From assembly GCF_016432865.1 (NCBI RefSeq), contig NC_067403.1, forward strand, positions 195,610,001-195,674,000: a DNA stretch of 64,000 nt, given 5' to 3'. The position numbers were made by a program, and so were the translations under genes. This document shows, one piece after another, positions 50,260 to 62,500 of the stretch (position 1 is its first letter; the number at the start of each line of letters is the position of its first letter). The notes under the pieces were generated by a model. The model was not told the DNA's origin and ran no database searches. It saw nothing but the letters and a program-made list of their open reading frames with translations. The stretch is from Antechinus flavipes. Taxonomy: Eukaryota.

Positions 50260-51520
50260 GTCTGGGGAATCAGGTTTCTAGTCAGGAAGATTGAGGGAAC
50301 CTCTGCTGGTAAGGAAAGCCAGGTCCATCTGTGCTGCTGAGATGCCTTCCTGGGTAAAAAGGAACCAGCACATAACAGGTGAGTGCAGAAGCAGTGGAGC
50401 AGGGAAGCACTGGTTGTGAGAACTTAGGGTGGAATTCTAGGTTTGGGATTCTAGGACAAAGCAGAGAACTGAAAGAAGACCTGAAACCAGAGGCGCCATT
50501 CCCCACCCTCACCCCAGGACTAGAGGTGATTACATTAACAAGCTTTTAAATTAAAAAAAAATGAGCAAGAACCCAAATATACCAAATTATTATGGGAATA
50601 GGAAAGACTTGTGTTCATTTTCAGAGGCACCCACTGATTTAAAAGGTACATCATTATCTGAAGAGTACCCTTAAATGGTTACCTACCCAAAAGATTATTC
50701 ATAGAAGAATTCAAAAAAGAATTTTAAAACCAAATGAGAGACATTGAGGAAAATGTTTTTCTAAGTACAATCCAAGAAAAACAAGAAGATTATGAAAACA
50801 AAGTCAACCTGAAGTTAATAGAAAATCTGACATATAAGAGCCAAAAGAAATATTAGGTAAAATCAAAGACTAGTTTTGAGGAACTCAATACATGGAAAGG
50901 TAAACCATAGAGCTAGCAATCATTGATCTCAAAGTTAAAGTTAAAAAAGATTCTATCAAAAAAGAGAAATCGACATTATGTCAGTCATATTAATATTGTT
51001 TTAGATTATTCAAAACAACTAAATAGTATAAGGTTGGAATATTGCATAGGAGATGATGAGTTAGTGGATTTAGAAAAATATGGAACACTTTTACTGATTT
51101 ATCAAAGAGAAACAGAAGAAAAATAAATGGAGTATAACTATACCTAGATGTACATGAATGTATATGTACATATGTGTGTGATTATAGGTATCTGCATATA
51201 TGCACATATTTGTATGTATGTATACATAACTATATCTATGCCTAACTGTAGCCTGCTTAGAGATCTGAGGGGGAAGAAAGGAGAAAAGAAGAATAAAGTA
51301 AAAAGGGCACAGTACAGAACAAAAGAAAACCTACAAAGAAGTAAAGATGAACAGTTTTGAATACAATGCCCTTTACTATATATGCTTTCTTGAAATGGAA
51401 ATTTACTGTTACATACTTTGAATTCTCTCATGTTTGGTTGTACATGACAATATTGGGTTTTTAGGTTTTTTCTATTTTGTATTTAAGTTTTAAATAAATA
51501 TATTTAATTTTTAAAAAAGA
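50260..51520 (+). mobile_element. HAL1/L1-like element (5' UTR, ORF1 start, 3' UTR; internally deleted)
   Basis: L1-type 5' region ending aaaaaaaaATGAGCAAG (ATG at 50561), A-rich ORF1-like DNA, and a 3' UTR ending aataaa plus an A run. Confidence 0.5.
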
Positions 51521-52529
51521 ATTGGGAACTCCTGAATTTCAAAGCTGTTTCACGATTCTTGGGCAAATGGCCCTTGCCATTAAGGAAAAAATAATAATAG
51601 AGTATGCTTCCCAACTTTTGATAAGCAAATGATGAACTACAGGTGCAAAATGAGACATACATTTTCAGACATGACTAATACAACATAGATTTGTTTTGCT
51701 TAACAGCATAGATGCTTTTTTGCTACATCAAGATTTTTTTGAAAGGAGGAAAAAATTGAGGATAATGAGAATAATATTTTTTTAAAAAGAACAAAGCGAT
51801 TAAACATTTTAAGAGACAGAAAAGAGCAGAAGAGAATTCTTCAAAAAAAAGATACTTTGTCCTCTCTCAAAAAAAATCATACACATCATGCCTCGCGTTT
51901 TTCCCACTTTTATTCCACCGCCATAGCTTTGAAATATACTCCCCCCCTTTTTTTAACCAATACAAATCCTACCTATCTTCAAGCAGGGTATAACAACAAG
52001 AGCAAAGAGCTGAGAGATCCGCAAACCCAAATTTGAATCCGGGGCTCTGCCCCTAAATTGTTATAGAAAGATAGGGGAGAAAACACCACCACTGGGATGG
52101 GGACACACAAGACTTGGGTTTAGGTCCTGGTTCCGACACCTGCTAGTCTTGTCATCAACTCTGCGCAGTTCGTCTCACCCCTCCAAGTCTCATTTATCAA
52201 CTGTTTTAAAAGGCGGGAGAAGGAAGAGTGATGCTTGCCCCTTCTACTTCGCAAAACTGGAATTTCAAAGATAAGAGAAAGGGACTATTGCAAATAAAGC
52301 TGGAACCTTAAATACCATCAGGGGAAATTTAGGTAAGGGGAAACGGCACCGACTGGTTTCGAGCAGGTAAGTGCTCCCGCCGAACAACGGGTAAAGAGGG
52401 AATGGGTCTAGATCAGAGATTCTGTTGAACTTTTACAAAATATCTTGATAATTGTCTGTCAATGTAACTGACTTTCCTTGTAATTTTATGGGTTTTTATT
52501 TAATGATTTTAAACATTATGCTAAGGAAC

Positions 52530-54060
52530 CCACGATCTCCGCCATTCTGCCGAAGGGCTCCAGAAAAGGCGGAGAACCTTAGGAGGGGACGGATCTCCGA
52601 GCTCTGTTGGAGCGCAGACATCGCTCTATCGCCGTGGGCATCTACCAGGATAGGGGCAAAGCCTCCCCCTGCTTTACAAATGCAGTGAACCTCACTCCCT
52701 ACCTACTGCACCCTGGCCCCACTGGGGGTGCCCAAATGATGCCAACAGTACGTCCACGGGAGAGGTGCCCTTCCCCGCCCCCTCTTCCACCCCCGGGGCA
52801 GCTCCCACGGACTTGGTGAGCTGGTCTCGGGCTGGGCCTCTGGAACAACCCCTCCCCGCCCACAGTCCGATAGGGGGCGCCCCGAGCCTAGGCAAGGGAA
52901 GGATGCGCGGTGTAGCCTGGGCAGGGCACACCGCGGAGGGACGCCGGATACGTGGCTGGAGCGGCTCGTGCGCCGCGGGGCGGGGCGCCACGGAGCCGCA
53001 AGGCGTGGGAAGGGAGGTGACGGGTCGGGTCGTGGGGAGGGGAGTTCCCGGCGAGGCTAGGCGAACGGAGACGGGCACGCCGCGCGGGCTGAAGCCACGG
53101 AGCCTGGCCCACACGGGGTGGGGCGGGAAGCCCTTGCGGTCGGGGCCAAGGACAGGTAGGCGCCGGGCTGCGCTGGGCGCAGTGAGCGCGGGGAGGGAGA
53201 CGCCAATCCGGAGCCAGCCGGCGTAGGCTGAGTTCAAGGCCGAAGAGGAGGATGGGAGGGTGCCCCGTACGCGGGGAAGGTACCTGTGGACGGGGCTGAA
53301 CGCTCCTGTCCCGAAGAAGGAGGCTTAGGGGAGGGGCTGGCTTATGAACAGGCCGCGATGATGGATGCGCCAAGCCAGACCGATCTGGGCGCACCAGGGA
53401 GGGGGGCCGGGGCTGGGTTGGGCACATCGGCATCAGGGAGGCCGGCGCCTGGCCAGCCGGGACTGGGCGCACAATAGAGAAGGACAAAGATGGACCCACC
53501 GGCCTCGGGAGGCAGGCGCCAAGCAAGGTGCACAGAAGAGAGGCAGCTCCAGCTGGGCAGAAATGGGCCCGCTGGACTGGGGACGGAAGCGCCAAGCAGG
53601 GCGCGCAGGGGAGGCGGAGGGCGCTGGGCTAAAATGAACCCACCGGCCAGGGGAGGGGAGGGGCAGCCGACACCTACTTTCTGCCGGGATGACACTTCCT
53701 GATGCGGGCTCGGCAGTCAGAAGCCGTGGTACGAGCAGCAGCAGCAGCAGCGCGAGCAGCATCGATACCGGGGCCCCGGCGGCGGGCCGAGCGGCCATAG
53801 CGAGTGTCTTGCCCCGCAGGTTGTGCGCTTGGCAGCGCGCGGCCCAGAAACTCCAGGAAAGGATCGGAGAGAGATGGATGGGGCACGACTGCGCTGCGAC
53901 CGCCTTCCCTGCAGACGTGTCTAAGCTCCGTGCCCGACAATGCCCACGCAGCCTCGCCCTTCCAGCACCTTTGTTTGGGGACCCCCAGCTCGGGGCGGAA
54001 TCCCTCCAGCCGGCACAGAGCATGCGTCCCCGGGTCTCCCCCACCCCACCCCGTTAGGGT
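52530..54060. promoter_or_regulatory. CpG island around NICOL1 coding exon 1
   Basis: Dense CpG and GC-rich DNA spanning the start codon and about 1.1 kb of intron 1. Confidence 0.85.
53678..53798 (-). CDS. NICOL1: NICOL1 (C4orf48) coding exon 1: signal peptide
   Basis: ATG in good Kozak context (gctATGG) gives MAARPAAGAPVSMLLALLLLLLVPRLLTAEPASGSVIPAE plus A, then donor A|GTAGGT. It has a hydrophobic leader, and AEPxxGSxxPAxS matches C4orf48. Confidence 0.9.
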
Positions 54061-57000
54061 CATTGCCAAGGAGATTCACTATAGCAACATCCCAAGGGGG
54101 GTGGGGGGGAGGGAGGCTCTATGAAGAAGGGAATTTAAAGCGACTATCTCAGAACGTCATAACCGGAAGGCCCTTGAGTTTTGAAACGAGAATATTCTGT
54201 GAGCACCATCTAATACTGTTATCATCTTACTGATTAGAAAGCCCCACACCAGAGAGCAAGGGGGCTGTAATGCAAAGCCTCAACACCTATTACTTCCCTC
54301 AGAACGGGATAATACCCCCCTGCTTTTCAGATTGAAGATTGTAAGGAGGCTAGTGCCTAGTCACTAATAGAAATGTGTGTATAATACCATATATGAAGTA
54401 TACAATAATTTAGCAAGTAAGAAAGAAGACAGGCTATAAGAATAGCACTCCTAGCTAGAAGCAAAGGCTGCTAAGAGAGCCTAAGGAGATCCTGAGGAAA
54501 TCCAAAATCAGATCTCATCTGTAGAGATAGGAGATGGACTCACAAACCATCAACTTTCAGGGCTGGAAAAGCCCGTAGAGATCATTTAATCTTATAAAGT
54601 GACTCTATTAAAAGATGTAACTGATCTTTGGAATGGGCAAGTTACCTTAGAGTGAGACTGGACCAAGCTGGGACTGAAGCCTTCCTGGCTCCTATCGAGC
54701 AATCCAGGCTTGGTTTGTAAGAGTAGGAAGGCTTGGACTACTTCTGCTAGGACTGAAAGTGGGAGATGGGGGGAGGAGAGGAAGAAGGAGCCATACCTAG
54801 CCTGAATTGCAAAGCCAGAGCGTTTGAAAGGACCTTAGGAAGTAAAGTATCAGAGCTGAATGAGCCTGTCTTATTTTTCATTTGAGGAAAATTAGCCCAG
54901 AGGAATGTGACTTGTTCAACATCTCACCGGCAACTAATGGGAGAGTCAGAAATAAAACCTAGGAGGGGCAGTTGAGTGATAGTGAATACTGGCAGTAGAG
55001 TCAGGAGAACCTGAGTTCAAATTGTGCTTCAGACGTGGTACCCTGGGCAAGTCATTTAATCCCATTACTTTATATATAAAACCCAGGATGCTAGACTTCC
55101 CATTAAATGAAGGCCAGTTGAGTGGAATTTGGGGGTGAAAGATCCATCCGCCAAACAGAACCAAATGCTTAGCCTATGACATTGTCTGAGAAGTCGGCCT
55201 CCCCTAAAGTCAGAAGAGCTGAGCTCTCTGCTCCTAATAGACTCTGTGACTTTGGGCACTTGATTTCCCCTCTTGAAGGCCTCAGATCATTAAACTAGGT
55301 GATTTCTTAGGTGGTTTCAAGTGCTAGACTTCAGACTATCTGTGGCTTAACACAATGCCCATTTGAAGATTAGGAGAGGGGTCAGAGCAATTAAAAATAA
55401 CTATAGAGAAGGAAAATTAGGCATGATTGGCAAGGGCCAATGTTGAAAAAACCCTGAAGAGGACCTGGGGTTAAATCACCAGCTGTGGGACCTTAGGAAA
55501 ATTACTTCCTTAGATCTCAGTTTCCTCATCTGTAGAACTGAGTTAGAATTAGAAGGATCTCTAAGATCCCCCTAGCTCAAGCTTAAGCTTGAAAATAGCA
55601 AAAACTCAGAAGAATTTTAGCTTCATTCAAAGACTGCAATGACTGGTTTTGAACTAAAATTTCGTTTTGTATTATATGGGTAAGAAGGGAAAGCATCTGT
55701 GAACAACTTGAGACGTTTTTCAAGTATGGACATTTCAAAAGCACCCATTTGTGGGCAATCACATTTCAGGGAAGTCATTAGGCAGCTCCCAGTAGGAACT
55801 AAACTAGACATTTCTAAGGCATGTTTGGGATACTAAATATCCATGTAACAAAACTTATCTAAAACTAAGCCTTTCATTCTTTCAGAAAAAATTTTATAGG
55901 CTTCTGTGCAGCCAGTGCAGGGAGGGGGAGTATAAATTTAATGAGCACTGATTTGGCTTCTGTGTGAGATGTAAAATTTACCTAATAATAGCTAGGATTT
56001 ATAGAGAATGTAAGGTTTGCAGAATGCTTTGCATGTATTAACTCATTTGTAGATATTACCATCATCCCCATTTTATTGATGAGGAAATTGAGGTTGAGAG
56101 CAGTTAAGGGACTTGTCCAGGCTAGATGAATATCTGAGATAAATTTGAACTCGGGTCTAAAAAACTCCAAGTCCAGAATCACCTTTGTGGCAAGTGTTTA
56201 GGAAAGCTTTCCTGGGAAATAATAAAAGCTAATAATTATACAACACTATAAGTATTATAAAGTACTTTACATCTGTTTTCTTATTTGACTCTCATAACCC
56301 ATGAGATTATTCTCATTTTCCAAAAGAGGAAACTGAGGCAGAGAGTGTAATTTGCCTTGGGTCAGAAAGGTCTGAGGTAGGATTGAAATCTTAGTCTTCC
56401 TGATTCTTGGTCCATTGCTCTAACCACTATGCGGAGTGATCCTTTTTTGGTAGCAGATCTGGACATGATTCAAGGAGAAAGCCAAGCTTAAAGAATATCA
56501 TAGGCAGCAGATTCATAAGATTAGGAAAGTGTGGGGGAAATATGGCAGATGGCTCCTAGTCTAATCCTATGGGGGATAATAGGAAATAGGAAAGGTCAGA
56601 TACTATAGTAAAAGAATGCTGCTCTTGGGACATAGACCAGGATGGAAGGTCCCAGCTCCAATTCTTGTTCAAATCCCTTTATCTATCTCTGAGCCTCAAT
56701 TTTCCCATCTATAAAATAGATATATACTTGCATTATATATTCAATAGGATTGTTGTAGGAAGAGTGCTTTATAAATCTTAAACATTCCAATCCCACTGCC
56801 TATATCATGTGGATCAATTGACTACACTTGACATCATCCTGATAGGGATGACCAAGAATAGGATTTTGCTAGTAGTTTTATAAAGAATTCCATTTTTGTA
56901 GCTAAAGCATAATTATTTGCCTAATTTCTAACAAAATATTTTAGAGGAATTTGTGGATTTAGAGGAAAATGTGAAGAAATAGAAAGACTTAAATACAGCG

Positions 57001-57179
57001 TGGTACCTAACCTTCAAACAATTCCTTTCTTTGACACTCAAAGACCCTCTGACTAATACAAGCTTACTGGGCAGCATGATACAATGGAAAGAGTGTGAAA
57101 TATGAATTTAAATCCTTCCCTGTAATTTACCTGTTGTATCATAGTGAGGGTATTTAATCTTTATAAATGTCAGTTTCCT

Positions 57180-57339
57180 TGTTTTGTTTGTTTTTGGTTT
57201 TTTTGCTGAGGCAATTGGGATTAAGTAACTTTCCTAGGGCCATACAGCTAGGAAATGTTAAATGTCTGAGGTTAGATTTGAACCAGGTCCTCCTGACTTC
57301 AGGTCTGGTGTTCTATCCACTGTGCCACCTAGCTGCCCT
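57180..57339 (-). mobile_element. WSINE1-like SINE
   Basis: T-rich tail, tgctgaggcaattggg, ending ccactgtgccacctagctgccc. Confidence 0.85.
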
Positions 57340-58789
57340 CCTAGTTGATAATTTTTAAGAAGTAACAACAAATGAAATAACACATGTAAAGCATTTTACC
57401 AGCCTCAAAAATATTATAGGAATATCAGAAAAATTATAGAAATATAGAAAATAATGTAGAAATATAGGATAGAAATTCTAGATCCTCTTTCTAGCATCTT
57501 GACTCTGGGCAAAGTAACATCCCTTCTCTTTAGTCAAATGAGATTACATATGAAAGGCATTTTGCAAACCTTAAAGTGACTATATAGATCGTATTAGTTA
57601 TTATCTTTGCCTCATTCCTCATCTGTAAAATGGGGATAATAATCACCCTCAAACAGCTACTATGTAGAAAAAGATTTTGGAAATCATAAATGATTATAGA
57701 AATATAATTTGTTATTAAGGTGACTTGCCTTTAGTGAAGACAATTTAGGAAGAAGTACTTGATTCAGTGCCCACTATAGGACCTTGTTGAGTAGGCACTC
57801 AATAAATGTTGAATTAAATTAATTCTCCCTCCATATTCTCACCTGGGAAGTTACTTCAGGCTTGTAGTTCTTGCAGGAACAATCACAAATTTTTTAGTGG
57901 ATACCTTTGGTTCCAATCTCTCCCCTCTCTTGATCCATCCTAGAGACTGCCTATGCCCAGGTCCTACCATGTCATTTTAGTCTTCAAAAACTTTTAATGA
58001 GCTATTTTTGCCTCTGGGATAAAACTATAGATTCCTCTGTCTGGCTTGAAGGCCTTATTCAAGATGATTCCATCCAGCTTTTCCAGTCATGTTTCATACA
58101 TCTCCTTCCCAACCAAATTTGGAAATCTTGGCCCTAAAAGTGTTTTCTCTTTCCTTTGTTCCTTATATCATATCCATATTGTATCCCCGTGTTAGACTGT
58201 AAGCTCCCTGAGGGCAGTCTTTTTTTTTTTAAGCTTTATATGTTCAATATAGAGCACAGAACATAATAGCTGTCAAATTGATGTTAAATTGAATTGGGTG
58301 TGGAGTTGTCTCTGGCCACCATTAAATGTTTGTTTTTTAAATGGGAGATATACTTTCAAACTATCAGCCATTTATATTAGTGTAAATAAATTTATAAGTA
58401 TTTCCAAATCTGACTCCTTCCTGAGAGCAGTTTCATAAATGGAAAGGGGGGTTAGATCTGGTCTTCTAGTGGGCACCTGAGGGAGGACGGAGAAGGGTAT
58501 TAAGAATCTCTTTGATGTTTCCTGGAACTAGCTCCCATCCACCCTTCATCTTCACACAGACATCTTCCCTCCCTCCTCCTGTCTCCCCCCTCATACTGCC
58601 CAAGAGAAATCACCCCTAATTAGACTAAATAATGACAGTAGGAAGGTTGGTGCCCCAAAGGTGGGAGACAATCAGAGAGAACTTAGCCGGAAAGATACTG
58701 GAGTGTGAGCGAGGACCCTACCCCAAGCCCTCCAATGTTGCCTTTTCCTTTACTGCCTTATTCCCCTCCTGTTTGCCTCCGTGAGGGTA

Positions 58790-59560
58790 GAATCCAGGGC
58801 TGCGCTAACCGTGTTTATCCCGATGACATCGATCACTGAGCTTGACGGACAGTTGTCTGAGGAGTATTAGCAGTTGTGGTGTTCTCGCCCCTCCCCTTCA
58901 CGGCCCCTCCCCCGGCCCCGTCTCCTCCCCCACCCCCACAGGTGCCCACATTAGGCTTGACTGCCCATAGGTCAGGGAGAGACTCGGGGATTGCGAGCCA
59001 AGCCCAGCCCCGCGTGTCTTCCGGGCCGTCTTGGGTGTGGGTCGGCAGAAGCGGTCCAGCCTGGGCACGTGACGTCAGCAGACGCGGGCCAGCCTGGGCA
59101 CGTGACGTCAGCAGAAGCGGGCCAGCCTGGGCACGTGACGTCAGCAGAAGCGGGCCAGCCTGGGCACGTGACATCAGCAGACGCGGGCCAGCCTGGGCAC
59201 ACGACGTGAGCACGGGGCCGCTCCGGTCGGGTCAGTGCTGCTCCCCACGTGCCGCTCCTCTGCCACACGAAGCCGCGCTTCCGTCTGGGAGGAAGAAAGC
59301 GTAAGAAGGTCAGCGGAGCACTCTCCCCCCAGCCCAGCCAGGTCTCGGGAGCACTTCTCAAGCTTGCGTTTTTCCCCGTCATCCCGCTCCTTTCCTCTCT
59401 CCCTGCCCCCCTCCCTTCCTGTTTCCTCCTCTCCTTTATCAAATGAATCCAGGCTCTCGGCCCACCGGCACGCCCGGGAGGGATTGAGGGTCAGGGAGAG
59501 AGACCGGCACGGGACTTTAAACTTCACCTCGGCCGTAAGGAAACGCATCAGAGCACAAAG
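58790..59560. promoter_or_regulatory. CpG island with promoter-like motifs (ETS, E-box, CRE)
   Basis: CpG-rich. CTTCCGG at 59018-59024 and GCGCTTCCG at 59275-59283 flank an array of CACGTGACGTCA motifs. Confidence 0.75.
59045..59209. repeat. 5 x 33-bp tandem repeat (GCAGAMGCGGGCCAGCCTGGGCACGTGACGTCA)
   Basis: Units start at 59045, 59078, 59111, 59144 and 59177, read directly. Confidence 0.97.
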
Positions 59561-62500
59561 GAAAGAGGGCTGAGGGGATCCGAGTTCGAATCCCATCTCT
59601 GCCACTTACTATTGGTGACCTTAAGCAAGGCGGTTCACCCCTGGGTTTCAGCCTTTTCCCTGTCAGATGAAGGGGTTCCACAAGATGAAGTCTAAGGGCC
59701 CTTGCAGTTTTGTCTGGGATCCTGGCAAGAGCAGGGAAGGAACTTGCCCAAGGGTCAAGCAGGTAGTTAAGTGGCTGTCCACTGCACCTCCACTTCCCAT
59801 TTCTGCTCTTGAAGAGTCTAGGATCTTTACTTCGTCTCTGTCTCTGTTTGCCTTCTCCCCCTTTCTGTCTGTCTGTCTCTGTCTCTGTCTCTCTGTCTCT
59901 CTTCCACTCTCTCTCTCCTTCTCCCTCCCATCACTGACATTCCATGTTCTAAAGCCCTTCCCAGTTCAGGCGTTCCATGTTTTCCTAGCTCTAACAGTCT
60001 GTGATTAAATCATTCTAGTTGAGAAGAACCATGCAGGATAGAATAGAATCTTGTGCCAAAATATGAAATAAGTGAGAACTTAGAGGGCTGTGTAGGCCAT
60101 AGGAAGTCAGGGAAATTTTCCTAGAGGAGTTAAGATTTGAAATAGGCCTGCAAGTACAGGTAAATGGGAAGGAATTTGGAAGGGACTCTTGGCAAGGGAG
60201 ACAGTCCTGCCCCCATCCCCAGGCCATGCCCGTGGCATAGCTGCCTGAAGACAATCAGTGTCTGACCCTGTTGTAGGATTTAAGAAAAAAAGCAAAGAGC
60301 AACAGATTGAATGCTTTGAATCAGCAAATCTTATAATCCTACAGGTTATAATTCACATTTTCAGAAAAACAGCTACCATATAGTGAAGAAAATAGTAGGT
60401 GAGGAGCAGAAGCCCTGGATTTAAGTAGCAAAAAAAAGAATTCCTATTTCTATAGGGTTTTAGTAATCATAAAGCATTTTCCCACATAAAAACCTATGAG
60501 GTAAGTTTTTACAAGATTATCATTTTCATTTTGTAGTCCAATAAAATGATGGTCAAAGGTAGGATGATTTGACCAGGTCACAGTCCATCAGAAGAACCCA
60601 GATTCAAGCACAAGGATCTGTTGGTTCCATTCTTCCCACTATAGCATACCCTTATCCCCATTGTCTTTGGTGCCCATTGACCCAGAGGAATGGATACACG
60701 CACACAAAAACAAAATCAGACCCAACAGGATTAGAACTTCAGGAAGACAGACCTTCAAGGAGTCTTGTTCTACCTGCTCCCAAAGCTATTTCTCTAAGGC
60801 TGTGAAACAGATAAAGTGAGGAGACACATTATCTCCAACACTGCTGCTGCTAGGTTATAAAATCTGGAAGATGATCTGACCAGCAAGACAGTGATTGTTC
60901 TGTGGATACACCTTCCCTTGAGCTTTGTGTGACCTAAGTTACAACAAGCTGCAGTCTTGTGTTTAGCAGAGTGCCTGACACATAGTAGATAATTTAGAAA
61001 TGCTTAGAAAAGCACCATCCGCTTTGACAGGGTTTTCAGTTGCCAGACAGCCTTATCCTTATACACTCAAGAAAGTTAACAACAGAATTCCTCCCCTTCT
61101 CTCTGCTTTTTTGAATAGTCCACTGGCTTCTTCCCCATAAGCCCCCTGAAACCTTTCTCATTACTTAGAGAAAGAAGTATGTTACTAATATTCTGGTGAT
61201 GTCATGGGACTGTGAATCAAGAAATAACAATAGCTAGCATTTGCGCAGCATTTTAAAACTTCAAGATTTGCAGGATGCTTTTCACATTTTAACTCATTTA
61301 CACTCATAACAATTCTGGGGAGATAGGTGCTTTTATGACTCCCATTTTACAGATAAGGAAAGTAAGGCAGACAAGTTCTGTGGCTAGAAAATATCTGAGG
61401 CTAAGGGCAGGTAGATGGCACAGGGACAGAGTACTAGCCTGGGAGTTAGGAGGACCCAAGTTCCCAAGCAAGTCACAACTCCAATTGCATCGAAAAGAAA
61501 ATATCTGAGGCTAGATTTGAACTTAAGTCTTTCTGATTTCAAGCCTTGTACTCTATCCACTGTACCATCCAGGTAAATGCCACAATGTCCAAAAGAAGTA
61601 AAACTTAAAGTTGTTCAGAGGTCAGTGGTAGAGCCCAATGAGTTGTTCTCAGTAAATAAATGTACACTAGAAGTGACGTGAAGGAAATCATCAGAGAGAT
61701 GTATAACTTAAACAGAAAGTGATCCAGATAACTGAGGATCTAGGTATCAAGAGGAATCTAGGAATAACCTAGCATTTGGCTACACCCCTGTGCAGCGTAA
61801 CAGAAGGTCATGGTTGAGAGTTGTAAAAGATCAGACAGGTGGCATTTAGCCACAGACACTAACTAGACAAATCCTTCTGCCTCAGTTTCCCCAACTGTGA
61901 AATGAAGATAATAGCAGGTGTCTCCCAGGATTGTTGTGAAGATCAAACGAGATATTTGTAAATGGAACATTTACCTAGCACATAATAGTCACTATATAAT
62001 TGCTAGCTATTATCATTATTATTATTAAGAAGATGTGGGTGGGTTACAATCTGCATCTTTTGGAAGAAGTGCCTACATCAGCAGGGTTACAGACCCTATG
62101 AAGGAATAAAGTATAAATGAATGAATGAAAAAATTAAAATAAAGACTAGATGAATGAGAGAGACTCTAGAACAATCTGAACAGCACTGTTGATGGGAAGA
62201 GGGGGTAAACTGAGCTTCTAGCCCATTCTTTGGGTCTTCTGACCTTCGTTATCAAATACTCAATTTCTCTGATGTCTAATCAATTGAAAAACTAGCCATG
62301 TTACCTGTCAGCTTGTAAATCACTCGTGTAGATTTCTCCTTCAAAGGAAGGATTGAGATAGGAGCCAAAACAGCTTCTCTCATTGAAGAGAGTTGTTCTG
62401 GCTATGGGGAAATCATCCCTCAAAGCACAGAACCATAGACTTATCAAAAACAGAAAAAGCCTTAGAACATCATAAAAGATCTGCACTAGACTTTAGAAAA

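Noticed and set aside
53433-54044. 203-aa ORF as a single-exon protein
   Set aside because: Only the 40 codons from 53798 match NICOL1. A canonical donor at 53677 explains the rest as intron read-through.
58833-59442. Repetitive ORFs (TSRAQAGPLLL, WPASADVTCPG, GPAWARDVSR)
   Set aside because: They arise because the 33-bp unit is a multiple of 3 and GC-rich. Several frames on both strands are open, and no homology is recognisable.
59570-59650. tRNA gene (B-box GTTCGAATCC)
   Set aside because: There is no cloverleaf or clear A-box, and the sequence continues into a MIR CORE, so it is a SINE head.
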